Shown here piece by piece: positions 37,762-49,755 of a DNA stretch of 64,000 nt. The stretch comes from Bugula neritina (lineage: Eukaryota; Animalia; Bryozoa): positions 30,751,504 through 30,815,503 of the forward strand of contig OZ037765.1 of assembly GCA_964035545.1 (NCBI GenBank). Direction: 5' to 3'. The notes beneath the pieces are model-generated. The model was not told where the DNA came from. It ran no database searches and saw only the letters and a list, made by a program, of their open reading frames with translations. The translations under genes and the position numbers were made by a program. How positions within the stretch are numbered: the first letter of the stretch is position 1; the number at the start of each line of letters is the position of its first letter.

Positions 37762-40700
37762 ATGCCATCTCTAAATAAACCGACTGTACGAATCTCCCGC
37801 ACGTTTTCCTGTAAGAATTGTTATAAAAAGTGGGAGTCATATTTAGTAGTGCCTCTTCTAGATACTTCCTCTGATGTCACCATGGAAACAGCTTTAAAAC
37901 GAACTCTATACGCTAGCAATGTGAGTACAGCACCCCTGTGAATACCTTCCCAGTCATTACCTTGCCAATCACTAGTGAAGTTGTAGCTATCACTGAGCTG
38001 ATCAATGCCACTCATGATGTCACAATAGCCAACCAATCAGTAACTAGCCTCAAATATACATCAACTAACTTCTCACTCGAAGAGTTGAAAGTCTAACAAG
38101 TTTATGCAGAAGTATGACTCATACTAGTTATTTTTGGCAAAAGCTTTCTTACTTGTCACAGTAAACAACAAACTGCCGTTATGGTACTAATTTAGTTTAT
38201 TCTGTTCATGTTATGTTATTCTATAGGCTAACGCTGTAGCATCAATTTCCTTTTCAACAGCTTACATTAGCCAAGATACGGAAGTTGAATTTTATGGTAC
38301 TTTTAGTTCTGATATTTGAAACTCGACAGCTATGTAATATATAATTAGATCTACTAATAGATAGTTGCATAAACCTGCAGTACCAGTTTCCAAGAAACTC
38401 ACGTCTCCTAGCTCTTTCATTGGAGACAAGATAAAAATATCGTTTTGCGTAAAAGTGCTATAATAGCTCTTATGCAAGCTTAAAAGCATGAATTTCCTCC
38501 CCCCCCCCCCCATGTTACGTCAAGCTAGAAATCAATTACCTGCCTGATTTAAAGTGCAAAGAGCTTAAAACTAAAATTGAATTTCTCATTTAACATAAAA
38601 AGTGTTAGTAGACAATGATAACTGATACTTTTACTAATTGATAGGCAATGTGTGATTACTGCTAATCAGTCAAGTTTGGTATTTTCTACTGCCAGCTCAC
38701 ATAACACGTTTAAAGATATAACTACTATGCACTAGATTGTTATAACTATTATATGTTTACGTACTCTAAATTTCAACTATAGTTTTAAAAGTAAAAAACT
38801 GCAACATTTATGGACCACTTAGTTTCATGGAAATCAAGGAGCGGCTTTTTTATTGCATAATACTGAATATTTTAAAAACTAGAAAATTGAATCGTAACAA
38901 TGAGTCAGCACTTCTTTATACTAAATTCTAAAATACATAATATTGCTTTGTGCAAACTAATAGTTGAATGACATGTTTGGTTATTTATTAGCATTTTTCT
39001 GGCTGTAAGACCAAGCGAAAGTCACAGCTTTTATTATAACACTTGTAATATACTATTGAACTTCTTTTGTGTTAATCTTTTTTCTTTTACATAAGAACAA
39101 AAATTTGCTACCATATTATGGGTGTAAGTGAATGTTTATGTTTTTTTTATCAAATTCCGTAACACTTAAATACTGCTATCTGGATACAATTATTTAATAT
39201 TTGATTTTCTATGCTTGTAGAGCGTTTTGTTCAATGGAAACATCACAATGGAGGATTTAAATGTAGATGCGCACTCTCTAGCCTTGCTGGTCTCACCTGC
39301 GCAGGTAAACAGCCAGTAGATGTATTAATAGGAAGTTCGTTTCATCCCACTTAGACGATTTTTTATTTTGGTACAATATATATAGTAATATACATACATA
39401 ACTTTTGCATTTACTGCTAAACATGAAATAAGCTACCAAGCCAGCTATATTTGCTTTAACTCAATACTAATTTAGCTACAGTTTATTTTATTCGGAATAA
39501 CAGAATAAACTGCACAAATGCATTACATGGTATATCACATACTGCTATATTACAACTTTACTGCGCCATTTTTGTCTAGAATCTCTTTAAATATACCACT
39601 TAATAAACATATTTGATAGTTTTTTCTTATTATATTTTGTCTATCTTTTACCTTTAAGTTTAGGGTTTGTGCAAGATGGCTTCTTATAGAAGCATTGTTA
39701 CTGTAAGTGGCTTGCTGATGGCTTCTTTGCTTTCTATTATGTGCTAAATAATAGCATAAAAATAATACATTTATCACACTAAAATCTATAAATATCGTCT
39801 AAGTGGGAAGCGTCCATGTGGGAATCATCTAAGTGGGATGACACCAGGAAGTTTAAAGCTCTAGCTGTCATTGTACGTTCTTCCACTATCTTTATTTATC
39901 CTTATAGCTATTGGGAGTCTCAGAATGATCGTATGATTAGCTAAATGCAGGATTTTTACTCGTATTACCAGTTTTTTGCATTGAGTAACATAACACAACG
40001 GTGCCGGTCACTCCATTATCCAGAAATATAGCTTTAAGCTGTATTATATCAACCATATTTTTCATGCTTAATAAATGTGGGTAAATAAAGGTCAAGGTTA
40101 AGTACTATTAGTTGTCATAATCTTATAGCAATTATAGGTATTACCCCTGTATAAAACTTGCATTCCAATAATCTCACTTCTTACAAAAAATAAAATTGCG
40201 CCATAAGTTTTATGTTGCCTCAGCCATTACAAAATCAAAGTTTGTATGTGGAAACAAGCCATGGTTATAGCTATTTGTATTAACTTTGGCACTATGTTAT
40301 AGAATAGCTTAATATTAAAGAGTTGCTACTTTTTATTTTTGTGATTGTTGTACCAATCTGTGCAATGCCACTTTGCCCCATATTTTTATAGAATGAAAGC
40401 TTGAAAGCTTTTTTCAGCTTTTATAGCTTTTAAAAGGTGTTATGCTATGCTGAAGGTAATGTAAATATAATACATTTGTCATATTGATTGACTTTCCTGG
40501 GTAAAACTGCAGTCCTTTGGCCTGCCACAAGCCAATTATTTACAAGTTGTCAGAAACTTGAGGGACAACAAAAATTTCAGCTCAACTAAAATTAGACTGG
40601 CCGTAGCTAACTTTAATTTATGTACTAAAATCATTCAACAAAAACTACTAAAAACAATTGTAGCGTGAATAATACCTACTGAATATTGGTACTATATTCT

Positions 40701-43700
40701 ATTGGTTTAACATGCAGGATAACTTTTGTAAACTATATAATGATAAATTCGGTTCAATGCGAAAGCAATATAAGTATATAACCAGACCGACTATCTAATT
40801 AAAGCCTTTGCTCAAAAGAACTTAGAATAAGTTGATTTTAGACGGACTTCTTCAGAAATCTGCCGTCTGTCAAAACCTGTAAACCTGTCAAAACATGAAA
40901 AAATTTCATAGCATCCACACAAGTTGAGACTGATTGAGCTGCATCTTTTACCTTCTTAAAGAGATCTTTAAAATACCATCTCAATAATATATTGATCCTC
41001 AGATAAGGTGCCCATCATATTTTATTGAACAAGAAATTAGATATTAAAGAATTCTTAAAAAGCTCATGCTATTAGTTGACATATAAACATAAATAGGTCA
41101 AAGAGGAGAGGAGAAATCATCGTTGCTATTAGCACTGATCAATGAGTGAGAAAGGCTGTTTTAGTATATAATGTCCAAATAAACCGCTGCATGCAACATG
41201 ATAGTGCAGATTTCTCTGATAGGGCATCATTATGTATATGATGAATTGATGCGAGTTTCGAAACTTACTGGTTCTTATGTCCTCCAACTGTATAATTATA
41301 CTCTAGTTAGAGTGATTTGAAATCATGCATATGAAGTGCATTGATGGAGAAATGTCAAGTGTCTAAATCTAATTTTAGACCTTCAGTTTGAGGTTCGGGT
41401 TGAAAATCTTTAAAGAACATTTTTGCATTTTTCTCATCTACAACACAGGCTTTTCTGAATCTCTCCTTCACTGTACTTACTTGGAGGTCAGGTAAAGGAG
41501 CTGTTGATAATGCACAGCAACTAAAATTAAACTGTAACTCTTTTTATTGCCTAAAGTGCAAGACCTGGTGGTAGGTTATCGCTGATGACATTACAATTTA
41601 TGTACCTACCATACTGTACTTACTGCACTTACTCCATTTACTGTACTTGCATACTGTACTCACTGTATTCACTGTGCTTACAGGGAGAGATTGAGATATC
41701 GTGTAGGTCAGTGCTTGCTGGCAGGCTATGCCCTGACTGTGTGTATCCTTCCACTCAGGAAGAGCCGAAAAAACCAGCAAGGTGCAGACAATCCCAGTAT
41801 ACTATATTCATCCACTCTCTACAATCAGGTGGGCCTTGTCACATATTCCGTCTGCACATTGCAACATCAAATTATGGAATGGATGCTGTAAGGATAAATT
41901 TGCGATTGCGATTTCATTATAAGCAGCTATTTCCAAACCTCCATTTGTAAATCGGAAGATTGGAAACGTAGCATACCTTACGCTGCTTTCTTTTTTTGTT
42001 GGAGTTATGCCCCTTGAACATGCTGATTTCGAAAACCTCATGTTAGGAGCCTAAACTTACATCAGCCCTCGATCCCTGTTGCCAACCTGCTAGAATTACT
42101 GTTTCTTTCAATTATAATGCTTTTTGTGAGAAAAAAGAACACAAATTTGATTGTCACCTGTTAACCCTGTAGCGTTCAGTTTACCCAGTGCCCACCCCCC
42201 CTGGTGTAATGGTAGCACACTTGCTTGCAAGCCAGAGGACTCTGTTCGATTCTCAGTGGGGGCAAAATTATTTTTCAAACCCTTCAGTCATTGAAGTCAT
42301 CCATCAATTGGTTAGTCTATTTTAAATTCACACAGCACCAAAACAACTTAAAAACTTGCGAATACTAAAAGGTTATCAATGTCGCTCATAAAGACAGCCA
42401 ATCAGGGAGTAGCTAAACTGGATAAAACGTAGCATAGCTAAATACAGCTTAAACTTTGAGGAAGGGATCAAATATTGCTATTTACTATAAAGAGCTTTCA
42501 CTTTTTCAATAACGCATTAGCTTACGAGTATAAACCTTGGCTGTGTACAAAACAGGTTTTAATACGTTTAGCTTGGTAAAACTTAGGCTATGCGGTTGTA
42601 GCTTTTAGCTGAACACCTTAGCTAAGTTGTTGAACAAGGAAACAGTAGTTCTTTGATCAAGGTTACCTCATTCTTTGCATAATTGCTACCAAATGAATAA
42701 CACCAAACTTGTAGCTGTAACCATCTGATACTATTAAATTCAGGAATTTTTTAGTAAATTTGAACCTCAAATTCCGGTTACTTGTATTTGAGGCAAATTT
42801 CAATAAGACTTAAGCCAAAAAACTGCAAATGGTAATGTGAAAACTGCGCCTCTATTATTACAGTAGCTGTCAGTGAGATGCATAGAGGGTTACTCTTCAA
42901 TGTGTTGTAATTTTGTTTACAGTAACCATGATTTCTACAGGTGCAAGTTCTTTCAACATGTTTGATAGTTAGTATATAATATTACAGTTAGTATATAATA
43001 TTACAGTTAGTATACTATATTACAGTTAGTATACTATATTACAGTTAGTATATAATATTATAGTTAAATATATTATATTACAGTTAGTATATAATATTAT
43101 AGTTAGTATATAATATTACAGTTAGTATATTGTATTACAGTTAGTATATAATATTATAGTTGTTATATAATTTTATAGCTAGTATATAATATTACAGATT
43201 TAAGCCACTGCCCTGATAACCAAACTCTCCCCTGTTTAAATACAAAGACACCTGTCAGTCCACTGAGTGAAAACCCACCAGAGTTACACAAACTCGCTGA
43301 CTCCACGCTGTCAGGAGATACTACCAACTTAGATGGATACGAAACTTCACCCTCGTTCCTGTCACACTCAGTACACACCAGCATGCAACAAACTCTTCCT
43401 TCTTCCCACAACCCACAGTCGGCACAAAACCTGAAATCATCAAACCACAAAGTTTCATCAGAGAATCTAGAAAGTTCCCAGCGGTTAGTTTCACCAGAAG
43501 GGCAAGATCCAACACCTATTTCTTCCATTTATCAGCAAACATCTATATTACCACAGACATCTATATTACCACAGACATCTATATTACCACAGACATCTGC
43601 AATACCACAGACATCTATATTGCCACAGACATCTATATTACCACAGGCATCTATATTACCACCCCATGCAAACCTTCAACAGGACACTGTTTTACCATTC

Positions 43701-46700
43701 CAACTGACTACTTCTGCTAGTGCGCCTGTCCCTGCCCCGAGGTCAATTAACAACAGCAGATCCTCTGAAACCTCTTCCGAAACATCTCGGGTAGAGAGTT
43801 CCTCTGAGAGTCAGCACTATGAGGTCTACGGCAGCGAAGTTATTGATGATGACTACCTGCTACCATCACTACAGGCCCGTATACCTCCCCTGCCACCTAA
43901 AACATGGAACCCTCTCAATAATCTGTTTAGCTACATTTATATGCAACAGGTAGGTACAAGTCAGCACTACAAGTTTGAGAAGAGCAGGTTTTGACGTTGA
44001 ATCAGATATCTAGAATCAAATCATTACTGAGTGTTATTTGTTGATGAATTGCTCAGTCAAACTGTCTGTGGTGTGCTTTTATCAATTGTGTCATTGGATC
44101 TAACAATAGCACATAATAGAAGTGTTTTAATCCAGATTTCTCCTATTTCTATTTGTAGCTTTGATGTAATATTGGCATGCAGTGTTGCATTAACCCTTTA
44201 GATTGCTTGCTATAAATGATAAAATATCTTATTTTAGAAATTAGTCTTAGCAACTTTATGCTCATAGACATGCCCTTGCTTTTCTTAGGTTTCCAGTTAT
44301 TCATTTAGCCGGGATAGGGGTAATACGCACATGATGGGTGTTAAAAGTCAATTGCTAGTTGTCAGTATAAATAATATACAACATAAATATTTTTATTGCC
44401 TATCAATGTTGAGAAAATAGCCAATGAAGCTCTCTGCATGACTAATGCAACATTATTCGTTAATATGCTCTTCATTTACAAATAGAAAATTAAACATATC
44501 CTATTCATGATTTATATAGAAGTTAATGTAGTCAAATCCATTAATGGCAGTGATTGTTGGTTTTGTTTGTATTGGCACCGATTTTCCATGCTTTATTTGA
44601 TGCTTTGTTTTTACCATGGAAAATTCCTCTATATATCTGGAAAATTCCAATTCATATCGAGGCAACTCTTTTACCCCTTTCCCCTGCTATTCAAAAATAA
44701 AAGAAGCCAATGAGGATGATGTTTGATTTAGAGTGTTTAATTAACTCTTCTCCCTTTCATTTTAAAAAGGCTGGCAATGTAAAGTATGAAAATAGTTGTG
44801 AAGGGAAGATAACTCTTGCTGTTCATATAATGCACACATTCCTTATTAGCAGTATGGAAAGCCAGTGATATAGAAATGGCTGATGGTTTACATTTTACAA
44901 TAATGAAGTTCAGCTATTGGGTAAAAAGCATGTCACACTGAAATTAGACAACTCCCAATTTCATGGGAATACTTTAATGCGCACACGCCTGTATTAAACT
45001 TGCAAATATACATGCTTGGAATGTGAATACTTTTGTGGACAATTTTTTCATTTCTATAATAAAAATGAAAGTTTCATTGAGCATTTAATGAAATAGCTAC
45101 TAGATCAGTTGTTTTAGTATAATAAACAGCAGCTTATTGCATCTTTCAGAAATGCGTGATTGCTTATTGTGAAACTACCAAAATTTTATGTTCTTGCACT
45201 CAATATATCTGCACAATTTTGCTGGTCGCTTTCCTAGAAATTAAATAGTATTCTATATATTGTTATTTGTATTTAAAACTTGTAATTCAGGTGCTATAAT
45301 TCTCATAGTGCTAGAATGCTCAAAATATCGTATAATTAATTAAAATTTGTTGCGGTTAATAATGGGAGAACAATAATGGATTTACAACTACTGATTGACT
45401 TTCAACGTGGTATTAAAAGAAAGTTTCAACTAAAATAATCAACTATCTAATTTCAGTATTTAATAGTATCTGTTATCAAAGCATTTATTTTATGTACACT
45501 ATAAGTGACATCATTCAAAGCAATATGGAGGACGTGATTTCTCTTAGAATGAACCGTATACTTACATAATTGCTTACATGAATATACATTCACTCTACAA
45601 GTTGTCTAGTAACTAGAACAGTAGTTTCCAACCTTTTTCATATAATTCCCCCTTTCATAAAGGTTTACTATAACTTCCCCCCTTTTTGAAAATTTCAGTT
45701 TATAGGTACTTAAAAAAAGACTGACATAACATATGATACCAATCTATGTTTTTCTATAATATTTGGTTATAATATAATAGCTGCAATACCATTATGCATG
45801 TATAAAATACAGAGCAGTTAATTATTAATAATATGATGGTTGCGGCTGATGCTTTTGTGCCATCTTGCTGACTCTATTTTTACAGGTAACATCTCAGGTA
45901 ACTTTGCAGGTTAAGGCAGTTTCTCTTTACATTCTTAATAGTATTGGTGAGAATCTTATCTCGCAATGAAAGTTAGTGCTAAATGACACCAAAATTTCTT
46001 AATGTTTTGTGATAGATTTTGCTTGTTGAAACCCATGGATCTGGTCAATTGGTAAAGATTTCATTGCATAATTAGTAACCATCTCAATCAATAAGCTACA
46101 GGAAGCCTTTAAAATCCTCCTGCGACTCATCTGGGATGGGTCACGGTAGAATGGGAGTCATATTTCAAGTTAAGAAACTTTTGCTTTTATGAAAGTAGCT
46201 CAAAGAGTTAATAGGAGTTCAAAGAAATGCTCAGAAATGTCTTGCAAGAAATTTTGGAACATGTTATGTTCCTAATAATTCATTCAGTATGAGGAAAGAC
46301 ACCATGTTTTTGATATGCGTGTCTGCCACAAATCATTCTATAAGCAACTCCGAGTTGGGGGTGACTGAGTGCAATAGTTTAAGATTCTCGAGTTTAAAGT
46401 TGGGGGTATCAATTGGAACTAGGAACCCCCAACTACAAACTTGAGAATCTTAAACTACAGTAGCCCAGGTATCAGTTAGGGTAGACACATGCATGTAGAA
46501 GTAAACTTAGATTGTAAAGTCTAATATTGATAATGATAGATGAACTAAGATGGAGGTGTTTATAGAGATGTAGATATACATGTAACTTGTAAAATAAAGC
46601 AAAAACTCAAAAATCGTTGACAGACTGCATAAAATTTTTAAAATTATAATGACCCCCTAAACTGTCAAAACTCCCTCCAGGGGGTAATACCCCCTAGGTC

Positions 46701-47622
46701 GGAAACCACTAAACTAGAAACATGTTGAGCATTATGTCATCTTTTCTGCTATGACACACTTTGCTTATTTGAATTATGTCCCTCCACAGATTTTCTCTTT
46801 CTGATTTTAGATAAAAGACACTTTGGCTAGATTTGGTGAGAGAGGTCTCTACGCTCTAGTACTAACTCCGCCGTTAGACAAACAAAGTTGTGGCCAAATG
46901 GAAACACCTTACGTAATAGTATGGTATGTTCCTTATAACAAATACATCGCAATAGCTATATTATAATGGTATATTTGTGCTGAAACAAAAAATTACTCTG
47001 TTTTGCAAATCATTTGGGAGTTATCCACACATTTTATGCTTGCTGGATAGGAGTTGTCTGCACTACATATAACCTGGTTTCAAAAGCAGCTAAATTTAAT
47101 GCCTTGGTATACAAAGTTTTCACTGGTGGCTTATGTAGAAATTTACCCGTCTGGCAGGTCTTTTACAAGTATAGGGGGCAGCTGGCTTAGAGGTTTTATT
47201 GCCTAATACAGTGCTAATGCCCTTAAAAATACTCAGTTAGTATAATAATCTCAACGCCCAGTATTTGGAAGACTTACTTTATAAACTTCAATAAATTTTG
47301 CAAAAACTGAGAAAGATAAATTTTATTGATATAGTTTTTTCTCGAATATATATTTTGTAGCTTCACCATTTATATGCTGTTATGTTATTTGGAAATTTAA
47401 ATATTTCAGTGCTAATTTAATTTTTGTAGCCCACAACTTAAGAATGGATATAAACTGGTCTTCAGTTTCCAGACTACAGGCGGTACGAGAAAGTACTTTA
47501 TTCATCGAGACCAGACATTTAGCGGTCTCAAAGGCTTGCTGTTGTATTATGGGAAACATGCCACGAAATGTAATGTCTATCTTCGTACGCAGCTTAAGCT
47601 ACGGGATATGAACAGGCATTGA
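37762..47622 (+). CDS. Uncharacterised 481-aa putative signalling adaptor: 3CxxC-like zinc finger, disordered Tyr/Pro-motif linker and degenerate SH2-like domain
   Basis: Exons 37762-37920, 39221-39304, 41684-41828, 43198-43949, 46811-46923, 47430-47622; all GT-AG, phases 0,0,1,0,2 close (1446 nt, no internal stop). N-terminus RTFSCKNCYKKWESYLVV...GEIEISCRSVLAGRLCPDC; C-terminus IKDTLARFGERGLYALVL...PYVIVC...KYFIHRDQTFSGLKGLLLYYGKH...VYLRTQL. Confidence 0.8.
39336..39845. mobile_element. Non-autonomous DNA element with inverted ends and 15-bp periodic subterminal repeats
   Basis: The left TCATCCCACTTAGACGAT (~39342) is the reverse complement of the right-end units ATCGTCTAAGTGGGA / AGCGTCCATGTGGGA / ATCATCTAAGTGGGATGA (39794-39841). 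Confidence 0.6.
42167..42285 (+). mobile_element. tRNA-derived SINE-like element, copy 1
   Basis: TGGTGTAATGG (A box), TTGCAAGCC, GTTCGATTC (B box), GGGGGCAAAATTATTTTTC. T and anticodon stems are mismatched. The same flank GTAG.GTT.AGTTTACCCAGTG and tail recur at 56756. Confidence 0.7.
42969..43197 (+). repeat. 19-bp minisatellite made of 12 copies of the splice acceptor of the 752-nt exon
   Basis: Unit TTAGTATATAATATTACAG; the last unit supplies the AG at 43196-43197. Confidence 0.95.
43536..43661 (+). repeat. Coding 18-bp minisatellite, (QTSILP)x7
   Basis: Unit CAGACATCTATATTACCA, in frame within the adaptor exon. Confidence 0.95.
45619..46711 (-). mobile_element. Internally deleted hAT transposon (Charlie/Buster type) with an 8-bp TSD
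   Basis: TIRs CAGTAGTTTCCAACCT and AGGTCGGAAACCACTA. The TSD AACTAGAA is identical at 45611-45618 and 46712-46719 (nnnTAnnn). Minus-strand relic KNVKRNCLNLQSYLRCYL...MAQKHQPQPSY (~45830-45940) resembles the hAT C-terminal dimerisation region. Confidence 0.88.
46336..46462. mobile_element. Foldback MITE, copy 2, nested inside the hAT element (right arm truncated)
   Basis: TTCTATAAGCAACTCCGAGTTGGGGGTGACTGAGTGCAATAGTTTAAGATTCTCGAGTTT...AAACTTGAGAATCTTAAACTA. Confidence 0.75.
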
Positions 47623-47656
47623 GCTGCAGAACAGTAAAGCGTCATACTAGTATGCC

Positions 47657-47659
<3 letters not shown>

Positions 47660-47738
<79 letters not shown>
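47660..47738. repeat. (TA)n microsatellite, ~39 units, 38 nt after the stop codon
   Basis: Pure TA run. Confidence 0.98.
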
Positions 47739-47742
<4 letters not shown>

Positions 47743-48367
47743 ATTATACGTTAATATTATACAGCTTTATTATGTAGCTTAACAGATAATGTATATTTGT
47801 ATATTGTAGCAAATGCTCTCCTATTATAAAGTACAGCCTGGCATATTAAAAGCTAAAGCTGCATTTCTTTATTTAATTTATTGCTTATTTAGACAGCTGC
47901 TTTCTGTAGTTTTCTTTTTAATTTTATGCTTTTTCGAGCAATCAATAGATAATATCTATTATTGCAAATTTTATTTATTTCCCAAAACTAACTTTCAATT
48001 TATATATGAACTGTAGCATAACATTTGAGGAGTTATGTCGGCTTGTATTCTACGTAAAATGAATAAACTGTACAGAAAAAAATTTAATTATTGTTTATCA
48101 TATATTTAATCAGTCATTATATATTCATAATTTTTTTTCTATAAACAACTGTCAGGTTTTGACAGATAACACTCTCCTTGCATTGTTTATATTGTTTAAA
48201 TTGCTTCAATGGAATTTTGAATTATTATAAATTGCGATTTAATAAATAAAACAATGTTAGAAAAGTGTATCCTGTATACTTTGTTGATGAGATAGATCTG
48301 TTGGCTATAGTCACCGTAATCCTGTAATAGGATACAAAACAAATTACTTTACTCGCACTCTACAATG

Positions 48368-48580
48368 CTGGCAAAATATGGCATAGGTAAAATATAGCAT
48401 AGGTAAAATAAAGCATAGGTAAAATATAGCATAGGTGAAATATAGCATAGGTAAAGTATAGTGTAGTCAAAATAGAGCTAAAAAGTGTTGACGGAACTTC
48501 AAGTTGTATAAATTGACAACTTACATGATCAAAACAACTTTTGGGCCAACATTTATGACGAAATACTTTTGGCAAACAAG
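48368..48580. repeat. 15-bp tandem array (GGTAAAATATAGCATA-like), probably a DNA-transposon subterminal relic
   Basis: About six clear units at 48370-48465, then decayed units of similar period. Confidence 0.7.
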
Positions 48581-48843
48581 GATTTAAATGCAAATTAAAA
48601 TACAGGAAATAACTTCATCCAGTTCTAGCATCTTACATCAAGTCTACTGGGGATTGCTTCATAGTTCCAAGATAAAGATGATCAAGCACTCCATTAGTAC
48701 AATTTGATGTCTAACTTATCTGTTCACCAATGAAACAGGATCTAACACCATAAATCTGAGATGCCTGCGTTCTATGACACAATTGCATTCACCATGGTTT
48801 CTCCCTTATGTTACTAGCATCATGGTAGATGGAATAGAACTTA

Positions 48844-49001
48844 CTTATAAACAACATAAGTTAAGGATGACTGAGTGCAGAAATTTGAGGTCTCGAGTTT
48901 AGAGTTGAGAGTTCAAAGTTCAAACTTGAATCTCCAACTTTAAACTTAAGAAACCTAAACTACTGCACTCAGTTACTCTCAACTCAGAGCTGCTTATAGA
49001 A
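48844..49001. mobile_element. Foldback MITE, copy 3
   Basis: The right arm AAACTACTGCACTCAGTTACTCTCAACTCAGAGCTGCTTATAGAA is the reverse complement of the family arm; the left arm is decayed. Confidence 0.75.
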
Positions 49002-49484
49002 TAATTCGATGGAGTAGCAAAGAAACTTCAATAGCATAAATTCTTTAATAATTTCTATATGTTTTCAGTGGAAATGTGGGTTGAAACGTAAATCCTTTCA
49101 ATTATTTTATCTTCTGATGAATTAATTAACTTTTATGTAAAATATACAGACTTTTTTAATTTGGTCCAATCCTGCACCTGGTTTAAATATCTATTAAAAT
49201 AGTTTATACTTTGCAAATTATTTTTAAAATGTCACTTTTTTGTTTGGTTTGTGACAACAAGCATGACCTAACCTGACCAAAGCCTGCCATTAGTTAAGTT
49301 TAATGCAAACATCAAAAGCATTCCTAATATATTTTACCCAGGAATAAGATGTCAACAAAGTAAGTTATAAATAAGAATATTTCAAATACTCTAATTAACT
49401 GTAAATAATTGCTACACTAACTGTAAAAAAGGAAATATGCATGCATAAATGGTGTCCGTATTTTTCTCTCCTTTATTTTGGTGT

Positions 49485-49755
49485 CTGGTAAAATGGCACC
49501 AGCAAAACGGCACAGGTAATAATAGACCAGCCAATAATGGCACAAATGGCAAAGTAAGTAAAAATGGCACATTTCCAATATTAGAGTTTGGGGTGGTGAT
49601 TGGGGGTTTGGAAGGGGGGTTTAGATTTGGGGATAGGTTTAAGAGTTGGGGGTTTAAGGGTTGGGGGTTTGAGAAAGTTTAACATCAGTGTGCCATTTTT
49701 ACCTATATACTTTTCCATTTGTGCCATTATTACAGCTGTGCAATTTTTACCTAAA
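49485..49755. mobile_element. Non-autonomous element with inverted GGTAAAAATGGCAC repeats and a G-rich core
   Basis: Left units GGTAAAATGGCAC, AATAATGGCACA, AAAAATGGCACA; right units TGTGCCATTTTTACC, TGTGCCATTATT, TGTGCAATTTTTACC; G-runs at 49589-49667. Confidence 0.65.

Noticed and set aside
42195-42265. Functional tRNA gene (Cys/Ala-like)
   Set aside because: T-stem and anticodon stem are mispaired, and a second decayed copy shares non-tRNA flanks, indicating a SINE-like repeat.
43163-43528. 121-aa minus-strand ORF
   Set aside because: Antisense shadow of the adaptor's coding exon.
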